DNA from: Macrostomum lignano
Lineage: Eukaryota
NCBI GenBank assembly: GCA_002269645.1
Contig: NIVC01002818.1
Span: 44,229-108,228 of the forward strand
Direction: 5' to 3'
Length of the DNA: 64,000 bases
The notes beneath the pieces are model-generated. The model did no database searches and had not been told where the DNA came from. It worked only from the letters and a program-made list of their open reading frames with translations. This document shows, one piece after another, positions 22,147 to 34,221 of this stretch. Every line of letters starts with the position of its first letter. Within the stretch, counting starts at the first letter, position 1. A program made the position numbers and the translations under genes.

Positions 22147-23452
22147 ATGATACTAGTTGGTTTAATACCGCTACTGTTTTTGTGCTACCCAGCTGTAGCA
22201 TGCGAGCAATGCTCTGCCGTGTATGAGCTTCTGACCAACACCTGTCCGATGAGTGCTCTGTCTGGCCTGGAGCCCGCGACCGCTGCCGTCGAGTCCGAGT
22301 GCGTGCTGCACTGCACTCTGAATAGCTGGTGCCGACTGTCTGTGTACCTGACAGACAGTGGTGCCTGCTACAGCCTGCCTGACGTGGCTTCAGTGACTGG
22401 CAGCTGCGGCCTGGTGCGAAGGAAACTGGCCATCGTTTCCGGTAAGCTTTTAGCATAGCTGTTGGTGCGGTCAGATTTGTCTCGCACAGGGTAAACAAGT
22501 GTGTGAACTATCATCATTTCACAGACGCATCAACGTCTGCAACTGTCTCAACAATCGGATCAACTGGTTCCACGACCAGCCCGACCAGCGCAACTGGGAC
22601 TCAATCTCCGGTCACTGTAGCATCGACCACAATGGTGCAGAGTGTCTCCACAGCTGCCATTTCGTCCGGAGTGTCGAACCTGAGCTTCGCCTCAAGCGTA
22701 CTGCTTTGGTACAATTTTCGAAAGGGCTTCATGAACCTGGCGAACCCGGGCCATTTCGATGTCTCACCTTTCGGTGTTGCAGATCAGGATGCACTCAAAG
22801 GAGTTCGCCTCAACGGGTCCTCCAGTTCCTATCTTGAGGTTCATTCGACCAACTTCTTCAAAAACTTTAAATCCGGGAAAAGCTACAGCTTCTTTTTTCA
22901 AGGGACTTTCGCTGACAACGCGTCGTGAGTTTTCAGAAAATTCAATATTAATGTATTAGAGATTTTTAACGCGTTATTAATCATTATTAACCACACAGCG
23001 GTTGCATACATTGCAGGCTTAGATGCATCAGTTCGTTTAGCAGCTGCTCGCACAACACCACCGTCAGCCACTTCAGCACTGACATCGCAGCCAGGATTTA
23101 CTCCAAGACCTACTTTTCAGACGGCTCCGAAGAATTCGCGTCGGTGGGCGCAGAAGCAGCTCTTCCGAACAACGGTTCTGAGCAAGTCCACTCTATTGGA
23201 CTGGCCTTTATTGGTGAGGACAATGAGTACCTCGACGAGTGGTACTTGAATGGATTTTTTTACGATACCGAATCACCAGATACTGACGGTGATAGCCCCA
23301 CCGCCAACTCGACCTTCGACTGCTTGCGCATCGGCAACTGCTTCAGCGCCGGCCCTCGGCCCTACAACGGCTGGCTGCAGTGCTGGGGATTCGTCAACAG
23401 CACTCTCAGTCTTCCCGAGTTTAACAGCCTTCGCCAATTGTGCAACTCTTAG
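22147..23452 (+). CDS. Secreted PAN/apple + Ser/Thr-rich linker + LamG/ConA-like protein, paralogue A1 (382 aa)
   Basis: Exons 22147-22441, 22525-22924 and 22999-23452, with GT-AG introns in phases 1 and 2 giving one open frame. Hydrophobic signal peptide; PAN-like EC...C..NSWC..SVY....GAC; T/S-rich stalk; beta-sandwich-like C-terminal domain (LNGSSSSYLEV, H.IGL.F, WY.NG, LRIGN...YNGWLQCWGF). Confidence 0.85.
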
Positions 23453-23709
23453 ACTGCGCGGTCTGAATCCACGGCGCAGTCAAAATGGCCAGGACTTTGT
23501 CAGAATTGCCAGAACCAACTAACCAATAATAACTAGGTAGAGGCTAGGTAAAAAAGGAACGAAAGTGCGGAGTAATGTGTGCTGTGTCAAGTTTTGATGC
23601 GGAACGAATGAAAAAAATTCTAAGCTTATTAGAAGCAGCCCAAAAGTTTTTCCTTTACATGTAACTTTGCCGCTCTCAGTATCGATTTCTAAGACTGAAA
23701 TAAGCAAAG

Positions 23710-24510
23710 TGAAAAAGGCCTGCAGCAGTTACTACCACACACAAAGGCTTTAATTGTTGTGCTTGTTTGATCTCTCCAATAAAGTAACTTTTCTCTAGTT
23801 GGGAACAATTTTCATCATCAAGGATGCTGAGCTTCCTATCACGGGGCTATAATTTCTGTCCATCGGTTCTGAAAAAGCTTTCCCAAGTCAAAGTATCAGA
23901 AGTCCGTTAAACACACCAGAGACTCCAATCGGCTGTTGAATCCGACATGCACAAAACCGGAGCAGCCGAGAGAGCTGTTTTGCATAGTAGATCAAAAAGC
24001 AATCTTGAACAAAGCTTCTTTTCAAAGCAAGCTGTTTTAGTAAATTTTTTTAGTTCTTGTCACACTGACTGATTTATTTACCAGAGACAAGGTCCGCTGA
24101 TGAGTTACCCAATGCAGACTTTTTATAGTTAACACCAGTCGTTTACGCTTCGCATTCTGTCTTTTGTTATTTTTTAGTTTTTATGCGCAGCGCCATCGAA
24201 AAGTCACGCATGCCTGCTTTTTTATTCTTCGATTGGGCCAAAATTGCGTTGACAAAAGCGGAGCCCTGCATTGAGCTGACAATGGTCGATAGCCTTTTCA
24301 GCACGCACAAACGTTGTTGATTTTTTAACCAAGCTGGTACGTGTTCCTCTTCTTCACAAACCTTTCATTCTGTTTGCTCTGCTTTAAATCTGCTTACTTT
24401 TTTCTGAATATTCGCTACGATGCGTCCAAACAGATGTTTAATCCACTTATTTTTGTTTCTCTCAATGCGTAAGAAAATCTATTCATTTTTATCGATCTAA
24501 ATGTTGCTCG
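23710..24510 (-). pseudogene. Ancient, highly decayed Ty3/Gypsy pol (RT-connection-RNase H) downstream of A1; homologues at ~34660-35450, ~51990-52790 and ~62650-63420
   Basis: Motifs assembled by eye across the copies, in Gypsy order: SGLAL..KC..VTFL.R.V, KDRMRSF, QLK-TALIAAPVL.M.D, TDFSDTLTG (for TDASD.G.G) and EKSY...KPLCVVV.A. Many stops and frameshifts. Confidence 0.5.
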
Positions 24511-27119
24511 TAGTCAACGTCTATACTCGTATATTGCCTTTTTTTAGACTATCACACACCTAATATAGATATAAATTATGCTTTTCTTGCCTTCAAATCG
24601 TCAGCACTAACCCTTTAAATCTTAACCTACTGTAGTAAACCTAGTTCTGTAGCCCAGTCAATTCTGTCGGCTTCTTGAAGTCAAATTTGTAAAAACTAGA
24701 TAGATACTATATTCTAAAAACTTCTGTCTTCAATTTTTTTATACGTGACTTCAAAGTGTAGAACAAGGTTGCTGCAACTCGGACTGCTACTCAATAGAGC
24801 CTACGAGCGAAATGTTACTTCACGAGTTTCCTATACGGATGGGGAACTACGCTTGTACTGACCAATCGGCTAAAGAATCTATCCCGTTGGGTTTTTATTT
24901 CAATTCGAGGCAAGATTACGGGCGCGCTCTCTGCACTACTTCCCAACGAGCATGAGATGGAGAGTGCGAGAGTGCGAGAGGGAGAGTGCGAGATGGATAT
25001 ATCACAGACTATCAGAACAGCAATGCCAAGGACAACTTAAGGTGAATATGAATAGAGCTATAAGAAAGGCGCAACATATTAAAAGATGAACTCTGGGTCT
25101 GCATCCTGTACAATAACAATTTTTGCGCTGAAAAATGAAAACTATCTATCGCTGTAGTGTATTTTTCGGCGAAAAGTTGCCTCTAAAAATTGCCATAGAT
25201 TTTGAGTGTTGCTTCCCTCTACTTAAGTTGTCCTTGAGCAATCCTCGCTGGAAAGTACGCAGTTTCAACCACAGATACTATGGTTTCAACACAGTTGCAC
25301 ACCGATTCCATGCCATTGCCTTCCTAATTCACTAAAGCAACCACCGATTTTAAGATCATATAGGATAAGTTGAGGCACCGGAAAAATTGACTCGTGCAGT
25401 ACGGCAGATTTATTGAGTTATTATTTTATAGACGCTAATTTTGTCTAGAGTTCGAAGGGGGCATAGCCTAATGGTCTAGCGCAGCGCTCTGATGTGCCAG
25501 ATTCCAAGTGCAGTTACATTAATTTGGGCTAAATTCGGGCTTGGGTCTACTCGTGCAAATGGCGCTCTTGAGGGGACAATCAGCAATGCACGAGGAAGTG
25601 TACATGCCTAACGATAAATATAGTTTGGGGCCGCTGTACACTCCTGTGCGTATGACTGCGTACCTATCCGCGCGCTTCTGTGCCTGCTTAAGTCGAGTTG
25701 ACCGAATGGGCAGTAATGCCTCTCGCCGGTTGTGTGACAATGTCGCCAAAAATGCGCCAGAGTGTAACACAGTCCCCTTCATCTAATAAAGGGGTCTGAA
25801 TTTCTATGTGCTTCATACACAAGCGATGTTATATAGCGCTGCTGTGCGTACTTTCATTCGTCTGCTGCAATCCACTTGAATTGAAAATTTCGAATTCTCT
25901 CAACTGTGGTTGTTTTGGTAAATCAATCTTTAATCTACAATCTTATTACTGTCAGTAAGATGGCCGGTAATTGATTTTGCGGTTTTTCTATTCTGTGAGA
26001 CTTTTAAAAAGAAAATGAGAATACGGAGGTTTTTGACAGAGCATAAAAATACAAATATCGTCACACTCGCATTGTGAATGCATATGTAAGAACAAGCCAA
26101 GACGAAAATAGGCTTAAGGCGTAGACCGACTCTTGGCTGCCCAGGGCGCCAAGCACTCACTTATATATTATGATTGTACATAATAGCAAAAGTACGTACG
26201 GGCTAGTAAACTTGCGTACATGCAATCAACTAATCAAACCATCTTACACATATATTTATTATACCCAATACTGGCCACTCAATAACTAAGACTTTATTAG
26301 CCAACAGGACAAAGGCGGAAGGCGCGGGGATGGCGAGGACGACGAAGGGCAGGCGAAGCGAGCCCGCTAGCAATTACGAGTATATTTCGATAGTATTGAA
26401 GTTTAAAAGAAACAAAAATTGCTGAGTAAAACAGGAGAACCAAAATCATAGGATAAAAGAAAAAGCAAGGAAAAGCAGAAGAAAAATTGCGAGGGCAAAC
26501 GCGCTGATCAGACCATCGCGCACGCACATGCACAGGCCAACCGCCCCAGCACCCGGCGCACCCCCACCCCCCACACGCTGCCACAAAGAACAGCCCGCGC
26601 AAGCACGCACAAAGGCACAAAGTCAGCTAAACGCGATTACAGCGCCAGTAACCCAGCACTGATATCGCCAACTTATTCACTCATTCATTAGTCATTATTA
26701 GAATGCTTTATCGAATGGGAAATTATTGACTTTAGATGCATTGTAAGAATCTCGACTGACTGAATTGCAATTCCAATTGAGATTGCGCCACAACTTTTTT
26801 TCTCCACTGTGTAGGCCTCAATACTGGCTGCAGTGTGCAAGGGACAGGAAAATGCTTAATGGCTGCGTGTGTACATTCTGACTGCATAGACAATTGCTAT
26901 TTATACGCCCGTAGATTTCACTCAACTGTGCATTGGCTCTGGCAGCACACAACCTGTGCACACTGAGCAGCCTATCCACTGCTATGTGTTTGAATGAAGT
27001 GCTGAAGCATATATGGCTGATTTTCTCGTCCTCCAATCAACAGGCGGAATAGCCGCAGCTGTAGTCACTAGGACTAGGTTTAGGCGAGGCGTAAGGTCCC
27101 AGTTGCAAAGGTGACAAGC

Positions 27120-27796
27120 CCCAGGGCACGCAGGGTTTCCGGGGAACGAGCTGGCAGACACCCTCGCCAAGAGGGGCGGCTCTGGCTCTTTTTTCGGCCC
27201 TGCCCCCCTGGTCCCTATGCCCTTGACAGTCATCAATCGTCAGATCGACGACTGGGCTGACTCCCTCCACAGGGACAGATGGGCGGGCACCCAAAACTGC
27301 CGGCAATCTCGTGCCGCGGTTCCTTGCCCGTCTCACAGGCTCAGAAACATCCTTCTGAACCAGAATCGGAAGGATATTCGAGCCCTTATCATGACCCTTA
27401 CCGGCCATGGCAACCTCGCCAGGCACTGCTTCCTCCGAGGCGACCTCGAGAGCGAAATTTGCCCCTTTTGCGAGTGCGACAATGAAGATGCTCAGCACTT
27501 TGTCTGTCACTGCCCTTTCTTTAACAGAGACCGGCTACGCTACCTCGGGCCGAACCCGTCCATTGACGAGGTTTGCCAGCCCGACAGCATCCCACGGCTC
27601 ATCCAGTTCCTTCGGGCGACTAGACGAGCCAGTTTCTTCCCAACGGAAGATCACGCTGCAGGACGGACCGGCGGACCACCCTGACCGGCCCCACGCCTCT
27701 GCCTGTCTGCGGGCCTTCAGGGGCTAGCGGAATGGGCGACCCTCGCCTCCCCGCTGTGTCTACGGACCACCCTGCAGCTAAGTCAAGTAAGTAAGT
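27120..27796 (+). mobile_element. 5'-truncated RNase H-bearing non-LTR retrotransposon (I/R1/Loa group)
   Basis: GHAGFPGNELADTLAK (RNase H end), LTGHGNLARH and CPFC..DNEDAQHFVCHC (C-terminal CCHC). TAAG-repeat tail and a perfect 14-bp TSD CAAAGGTGACAAGC at 27106-27119 and 27797-27810. Confidence 0.92.
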
Positions 27797-27929
27797 CAAA
27801 GGTGACAAGCTGCAAACTGCTGAGGTATTTCCTCCAGACTTATGAGCGTATAGCTGAAAACTGCTGAGGGGTAACAGCGGATTGCTTGGAGGATAATGGC
27901 AGAATTCTGAGGAGGATAACTTCATGGGT

Positions 27930-28445
27930 TCAACCATAAAACTCATTTGGAATTGCCAAGATATCAAAAGGTTAGTCGCTAAGTTTTTAAGCTCATTGGG
28001 GAATGGCTGAAATTATTGGGCTGAGACGCTGTGACTCGGCTGCGGGTTAAGGGTTATGGTTAGGGTTCAGTTATAGAAAAATCGTGTTAGCCATAAAGGA
28101 TTCATGAGGGAATTGCTAAGATGCTGAGGCTTAAGGCTCATGGGGGAATTGCCAAGATTCTACGACTCACTTATGATGTTTGGGATAGGGCTTAGGGTCA
28201 GTTTTGGGGTTAGGATTCAATATAATAACGCTCTCTCAACCATAAATTACTTAGGGGGAATTGCTGAGACGTCAATTTTCATGGGGGCTTTCAAAGATGT
28301 GAAGGCTCGCGGGGGAAATTTCTGAGATTTCAATGGTGTTTGTGGGAAATTGCTAAGATTTCAAGGATCATGAGGGGAATTTCTGAGATGCCAAGGCTCA
28401 TGTGGAAATTGTTGAGATATCTAGGCTCATAAGGGATTGCTGTGT
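27930..28445 (+). repeat. Degenerate ~28-bp repeat family (GGGAATTGCTRAGAT.TCAAGGCTCAT), recurring at 30165-30310 and in the duplicated block
   Basis: Multiple imperfect units, interspersed with degenerate GGTTAGGG-like stretches. Confidence 0.7.
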
Positions 28446-28754
28446 TGTTGGGGGTGGGGGTTGGGTTGTTAGGCGATTGTTAGATAGTCAGTAGTACGTC
28501 CCAAGTAAGTTATTTAATTCAGTTAATGAGATATTCATACGTATGTGATACTGATTTCTGCTAATAGCAAATACGAGCGTATTTATAAGAGATTTGATTT
28601 TTTTACTTTAGGCTAAGTTACTTTATTTAGGCTAATAAAGTCCGTAATGGATTAGTGTATTGAGCTGTTCGGGCCAGAATATAACTAGGCTAATGACGAT
28701 GCGCACAAAGAGTTTTTGCTTGACGGGATAGGCGTTATTTGCTGATTGAGAAAG

Positions 28755-29449
28755 TGTGACGTTGTCAGTTTAAAGTGGTCCCGCAAAAGGGCCGTTGGAC
28801 TACAATTTCTCATTTAACATTCTCCAATCTTGTATGCGCATGTTTACTTGTAGTAGCGCCCAACGAATCTGTATCAATTGCTAATCATTGCGTACATTGT
28901 AATCTTTGCGTGCGTCTGTAGGGTCTTCGCGCGATCGATACTTTCTGTTTTTGCTTTTCCCCCGCCAGCCAATGGAAACTCCGCGCATATATTATGCTAA
29001 CCCTCCTGGGCTCCTTTATTAACCCCGCCTGGCGGCCGCCACGGCCCGCTCCGTCTGGGCCAGACTTGTTTACGCCTTCTCTCTCTCTCCGCTTCACTCT
29101 ACCACGGGCTAGCCGCTTTCGCTAGGCCCTACTACGCTACTTTCCTGTCTGCCAGTTTGCCACTAAAGGCTGCCACCACTGTCTACTCATCGCCATCGCT
29201 CTACCATTTGCGTCACCTTCATCAATCTGCTCATCATCCTACTTTATCTATTAAATTCAAACCCATTGTTGCAGCCGCCAGCGCCCCGCGTGCCATAGCC
29301 TCTGTACTAACTTATATTGACAATTACAATAAACAAGCTGCGGCCCTTATTTATCTTGCCGCTGAATTGCCAAGTGCTACCGCTACAAATCTACTCCGCC
29401 ATTGTTGAGTTCACCATCCTTTTAGGAACCTACAACTAAGAACGTCACA
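28755..29449 (+). mobile_element. Solo LTR (695 bp)
   Basis: TGTGACGTT...AACGTCACA inverted termini, 4-bp TSD AAAG, internal TATA-like CATATATTAT and AATAAA. Second copy at 57030-57725. Confidence 0.85.
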
Positions 29450-30512
29450 AAAGGATTTAGGGCTGATGAAGGATTGCAGGAATAAAAAGTAATTTTATGT
29501 CTAATTAAAATCAACGTTTTGGCTGATTAATTATTTAAATTACTCTCGGGCACAAATGAAAGCCCCTTAGTGTCATTTTTGCGCCCCGAAAAGGGGGTTT
29601 AATGACTAGTCGTGGTTTGGCCAATTTTCTTCAAATTTTAATCGTTAGATGGGAAATTTTTCGGAATGAATACGCATTGAGTTGAGATTTCTCAGTGTTA
29701 AGGGGATTAAATATTCGAAAAACATGCTATTTCGCAAAGGTCAAGCAGACTTTTCGACTTGAAATGCTTTGGACAAGCGTACGAATGCAAGAGAAAAAAA
29801 CTGACTGACTGAATTCTGACTTTGATAAAGACTGCATCACACCAGGCTTTTTATTTATCGTCTGTGCGCTGGCTGTGAATTGCATCACAGTGTTGAAAAT
29901 ACAGTGTGAAAGCATGACACCGGACTTCATTGAAATTGCGTAACCATATTGTAAAATTTAATGGACACTGATACTCTGACTGAGTAATTGATTATATCCT
30001 AACTGCTTCGAGTGACTTGCTCTAACCGACTTGGTGTGGGTGTTGAAATATAAGTCCTACAATTCATTTTATTAGACTGATGAGAGCTAGTCCGGATGTG
30101 AGCAGACTGAACTGCTAATGCAGCAACCTGAGTTTGAATCTTAGTTGTGTAAAAATTCTTTATAGAAAGATTGAGATGTCAAGGCTTAGGGGGGGGGAGA
30201 TTGCTGAGATATCAAGGCTGGGAGGAATTGCTGAAATGTCAAGAATGACGGGGAGAATTGCTGAGATGGCAAGGTTTACGGGGGGGGGGTTGCTGAGATG
30301 CCAAGGCTTAGAGGTCAGAAGCTACATGTAGTTTATTCAAAAAATTATTTCATTCTTTGTTGACTACTCAAATCTTTGTCCGTGACAATTTTACTCCGAA
30401 TAACGTGATTCAAAAAACTGAAGAAGGAATGCTTTTAAGAAAATATGCCTTCATCTTAAAAGATTCACATACGTAATTTTCGTCCCTTGCTTATTGGCCG
30501 CGCCGAAGGGGG

Positions 30513-31966
30513 GTATGACGATTAGAGCAGACTCAGTCCCGGGAAAATTGTGTAGCGGTAGCACTCAGACTTAAACGCAGTCAATGTACTCGTAATTGTT
30601 AGGTTATGGCCGATGGCGGCAATTTATTACGGTCAGATTGACCCGCTCGCTATAGGTTTTTGTCGGCAATATAAGAGTGGGACTGGGCCTGGATTGACCC
30701 GCTCGCTATAGGTTTCTGTCGGCAATATAAGAGTGGGACTGGGCCTGGATTGACCCGCTCGCTATAGGTTTCTGTCGGCAATATAACAGTGGGACTGGGC
30801 CTGGATTGACCCGCTCGCTATAGGTTTCTGTCGGCAATATAAGAGTGGGACTGGGCCTGGATTGACCCGCTCGCTATAGGTTTCTGTCGGCAATATAAGA
30901 GTGGGACTGGGCCTGGATTGACCCGCTCGCTATAGGTTTCTGTCGGCAATATAAGAGTGGGACTGGGCCTGGATTGACCCGCTCGCTATAGGTTTTTGTC
31001 GGCAATATAAGAGTGGGACTGGGCCTGGATTGACCCGCTCGCTATAGGTTTCTGTCGGCAATATAAGAGTGGGACTGGGCCTGGATTGACCCGCTCGCTA
31101 TAGGTTTCTGTCGGCAATATAAGAGTGGGACTGGGCCTGGATTGACCCGCTCGCTATAGGTTTCTGTCGGCAATATAAGAGTGGGACTGGGCCTGGATTG
31201 ACCCGCTCGCTATAGGTTTCTGTCGGCAATATAAGAGTGGGACTGGGCCTGGATTGACCCGCTCGCTATAGGTTTCTGTCGGCAATATAAGAGTGGGACT
31301 GGGCCTGGATTGACCCGCTCGCTATAGGTTTTTGTCGGCAATATAAGAGTGGGACTGGGCCTGGATTGACCCGCTCGCTATAGGTTTTTGTCGGCAATAT
31401 AAGAGTGGGACTGGGCCTGGTTTGGTGCTGAATCCGAGCTATGGTACTCTGGGCACTGCGGCAGGCAACAAAAATGGCGATGGATAGCTAAAGGGCTACG
31501 TCGATGAAGTGGCGACGGTGAAGGCGTGGCGTGATTCCCACTCGGGACAGTGGCGTGGCTCAAGTTTGGCAGAGTGGACTTGCCCGAGCAAACTTAGCAG
31601 TGGTAGAGAGAGAGAGAGCGCGCGGGCCGGAAAACAAGAAGGAAAAGAAACTAACCCCGGGTGCCCCATCCAGACAGGACTGATAACGAGCGGGCTGGGG
31701 TGGGTGCACGACAAAAGCTTAATTTCAGGCTAGCATAATATGTGCACGGCTTTCCTATTGGCCGGCGCGAAAAGCAACTTAAAAACAGAAATTATCGATC
31801 GCATTGTACATAGGTTTTACGAATGTCACGCAATGTTGTTAAAATTCCTTGGGCATTACTATAAGCAGACGTTAGAGTACGAGACCATCAAATTAACAAT
31901 ATATAGAATGGCACTGCTTTCGCTAAAACGGCCCTTGTCGGGGCCACCTCAACTGACAACGTCACA
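30513..31966 (-). mobile_element. Solo LTR of the same family, in inverted orientation, carrying an internal VNTR
   Basis: The minus-strand start TGTGACGTTGTCAGTTGAGGTGGCCCCGACAAGGGCCGTT matches the start of 28755. Shared blocks: GCGATCGATA.TTTCTGTTTT, CATATTATGCTA, CTTATATTG, AATAAA, GTGCTACCGCTACA. 4-bp TSD GGGG. Confidence 0.82.
30637..31420 (+). repeat. 56-bp VNTR, 14 units
   Basis: ATTGACCCGCTCGCTATAGGTTTYTGTCGGCAATATAAGAGTGGGACTGGGCCTGG every 56 nt from 30637 to 31365. Confidence 0.98.
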
Positions 31967-32918
31967 GGGGGCACTATAGATTGCTAGCATGACTAGCATG
32001 ACTATTTTCTACTGAATGATGGAAAAACTGGTGCCAGTGAATTTAAAATTAATAAAAATGATGCGAAGTTACAGAAAATCAGCTGCCTGATGACAATTTT
32101 AATGGACAATGAGTCATGACTAGATAGTAATCATAGTTTGCCGTCCTTCTATTTGAGTAGTCCTTGATCAGACATATAGAAATCTGAAAGTTTGCTAGAA
32201 ATAAAAGTATTCCTGCTCGCAGCTTGCGAACCCTGTTATCGACCCGTCGACAGACATCAATGGCAAATTGGGCCCTTTTTAAACTGCGCCGTTTTATTTT
32301 GACTTGTATTGCACATTTCCATTCTTTTAGTGTCCAATACTATCCACTAACGTCGTTGCAATTTAAAAGCACACATTTGCCATCGATGTCGCAAGACGAC
32401 TTCGGATTATTTTTCGGAATGTAGTCGATCGACACTGCATGTAAGCACTGTATAATGTACATGTACAACTTAATATTCACACTAACGCGTTTTAAATGAC
32501 ATCTACACAAATTTCATTTCATTTTCAAATGCATGTAATAAATTAAACGTAAAAAAGTCTTCTAAAAAATATGCCTAATGTATTATCCAACTTGGCATCC
32601 CGTATTTCTGTCGAGTTCGGGCCGACCCCTGTTTTGCCACTGGGCTGCCTATTCCTATTGGCACTCAGCGTTTCATCAAGAGAATGGAGAGGGTGTAGTG
32701 CGATCCTTCAGCACAGGTACAGATGCATGTAGATGTCCATAGCCTTAAAAATAGGCTATATCTACAGTGTTCTGTCCAATGAGACACTTGCCAGCTTAAA
32801 CAGTCAGTGTGTCATTGATGATTGCAACAACAAAACAACAATCTATATTCGCATAAAGCGACCTACCTAAGGGTAGAGCCTCCTAGCAAATTCTAAAGCT
32901 AAAACAGCATATATTACA

Positions 32919-34221
32919 ATGATAGTTAGTGTAATATCGCTACTGTTCTTGTGCTACCCAGCTGTAGCATGCGAGCAATGCTCTGCCGTGTATGAGCTTC
33001 TGACCAACACCTGTCCGATGAGTGCTCTGTCTGGCCTGAAGCCCGCGACCGCTGCCGTCGAGTTTGAGTGCATGCGGAACTGCACTCTGAATAGTTGGTG
33101 CCGACTGTCTGTGTACTTGACAGACAGTGGCGCCTGCTACAGCCTGCCTAACGTGACTTTAGTGACTGGCAGCTGCGGTCTGGTGCGAAGGAAACTGGCC
33201 ATCGTTTCCGGTAAGCTTTTAGCATGGCAGTTGATGCGGTTAGATTTGTCTCGCTTGCACAGGTCACAGATGTGAACTATCATCATTTCACAGGCACATT
33301 AACGTCTGCAACTGCCTCAACAATCGGATCAACTGGTTCCACGACCAGCCCGACCAGCGCAACTGGGACTCAATCTCCAGTCACTGTAGCATTGACCACA
33401 ATGATACAGAGTGTCACCACGGCTGCCATTTCGTCCGGATTGTCGAACCTGAGCTTCGCGTCAAGCGTACTGCTTTGGTACAATTTTCGAAAGGGCTTCA
33501 TGAACCTGGCGAACCGTGGCCATTTTGATGCCTCCCCTGTCGGTGTTGCCGATCAGGATGCACTCAAAGGAGTTCACCTTAACGGCTCGTCTGGCTCTTA
33601 TCTCGAGGTTCATTCCACCAACTTTTTCAAGAACTTTAAATCAGGGAAAAGCTTCAGCTTCTTTTTTCAAGGGACTTTCGCTGGCAACGCATCGTGAGTT
33701 TTCAGCAAATTCAATTTTAAAATATTCAGGATTTTTAACGCGTTGTTAATCATTATTAACCACACAGCGGTTGCATACATTGCAGGCTTCGATGCATCAG
33801 TTCGTTTAGCAGCTGCTCGCACAACACCACCGTCAGCCACTTCAGCACTGACATCGCAGCCAGGATTTACTCCAAAACCTACTTTTCAGACGGCCCCGAT
33901 GTATACACGTATGTACTAGCAAAAGCAGCTCTTCCGAACAACGGCACTCAGCAAAGCTACTCTGTTGGGCTGGCCTTTATTGGTGGGGAGAAGAGGTATC
34001 TGGAAAAATGGTACATGAACGGAAGTTTCTACGAAACAGAATCACCAAACAATGTCGGCGGCAGCCCGGCCGCCAACTCGACCTTCGACTGCTTGCGGAT
34101 CGGCAACTGCTTCAGCGCCGGCCCTCGGCCCTACAACGGCTGGCTGCAGTGCTGGGGGTTCGTCAACAGCACTCTCAGTCTTCCCGAGTTTAACAGCCTT
34201 CGCCAATTGTGCAACTCTTAG
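32919..34221 (+). CDS. Secreted PAN + S/T linker + LamG/ConA-like protein, paralogue B1 (381 aa)
   Basis: Exons 32919-33210, 33294-33693 and 33768-34221; same splice sites and phases as A1; frame open throughout. Confidence 0.85.

Larger units (their letters stand above)
22471..33800 (+). repeat. Segmental duplication, copy 1 (about 11.3 kb), near-identical to ~50746-61820
   Basis: Collinear ORFs, LINE, solo LTRs and spacers at an offset of about 28.0-28.3 kb. Differences are scattered SNPs, a 35-bp indel (29750-29784) and the VNTR copy number. Confidence 0.95.

Noticed and set aside
25457-25495. tRNA gene (GGGGGCATAGCCTAATGGTCTAGCGC)
   Set aside because: Only an A-box/D-arm-like start, with no anticodon arm, T arm or B-box downstream.
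26144-26690. 5' LTR and tRNA-Lys PBS (TGGCGCCC) of the fossil Gypsy
   Set aside because: No CA terminus before the motif, no partner LTR and no TSD.
28040-28215. Interstitial telomere repeats
   Set aside because: Only one or two imperfect GGTTAGGG units embedded in a degenerate repeat element.
28798-28850. ZNF143/NRF1-like promoter motifs (GGACTACAATTTC, TGCGCATG) marking a host gene
   Set aside because: They lie inside a solo LTR, and no downstream gene was found.
30637-31420. 56-bp array (and the 49-bp array at 15711-16306) as a CRISPR array
   Set aside because: Units are head-to-tail with no unique spacers, there are no cas genes, and the context is eukaryotic.
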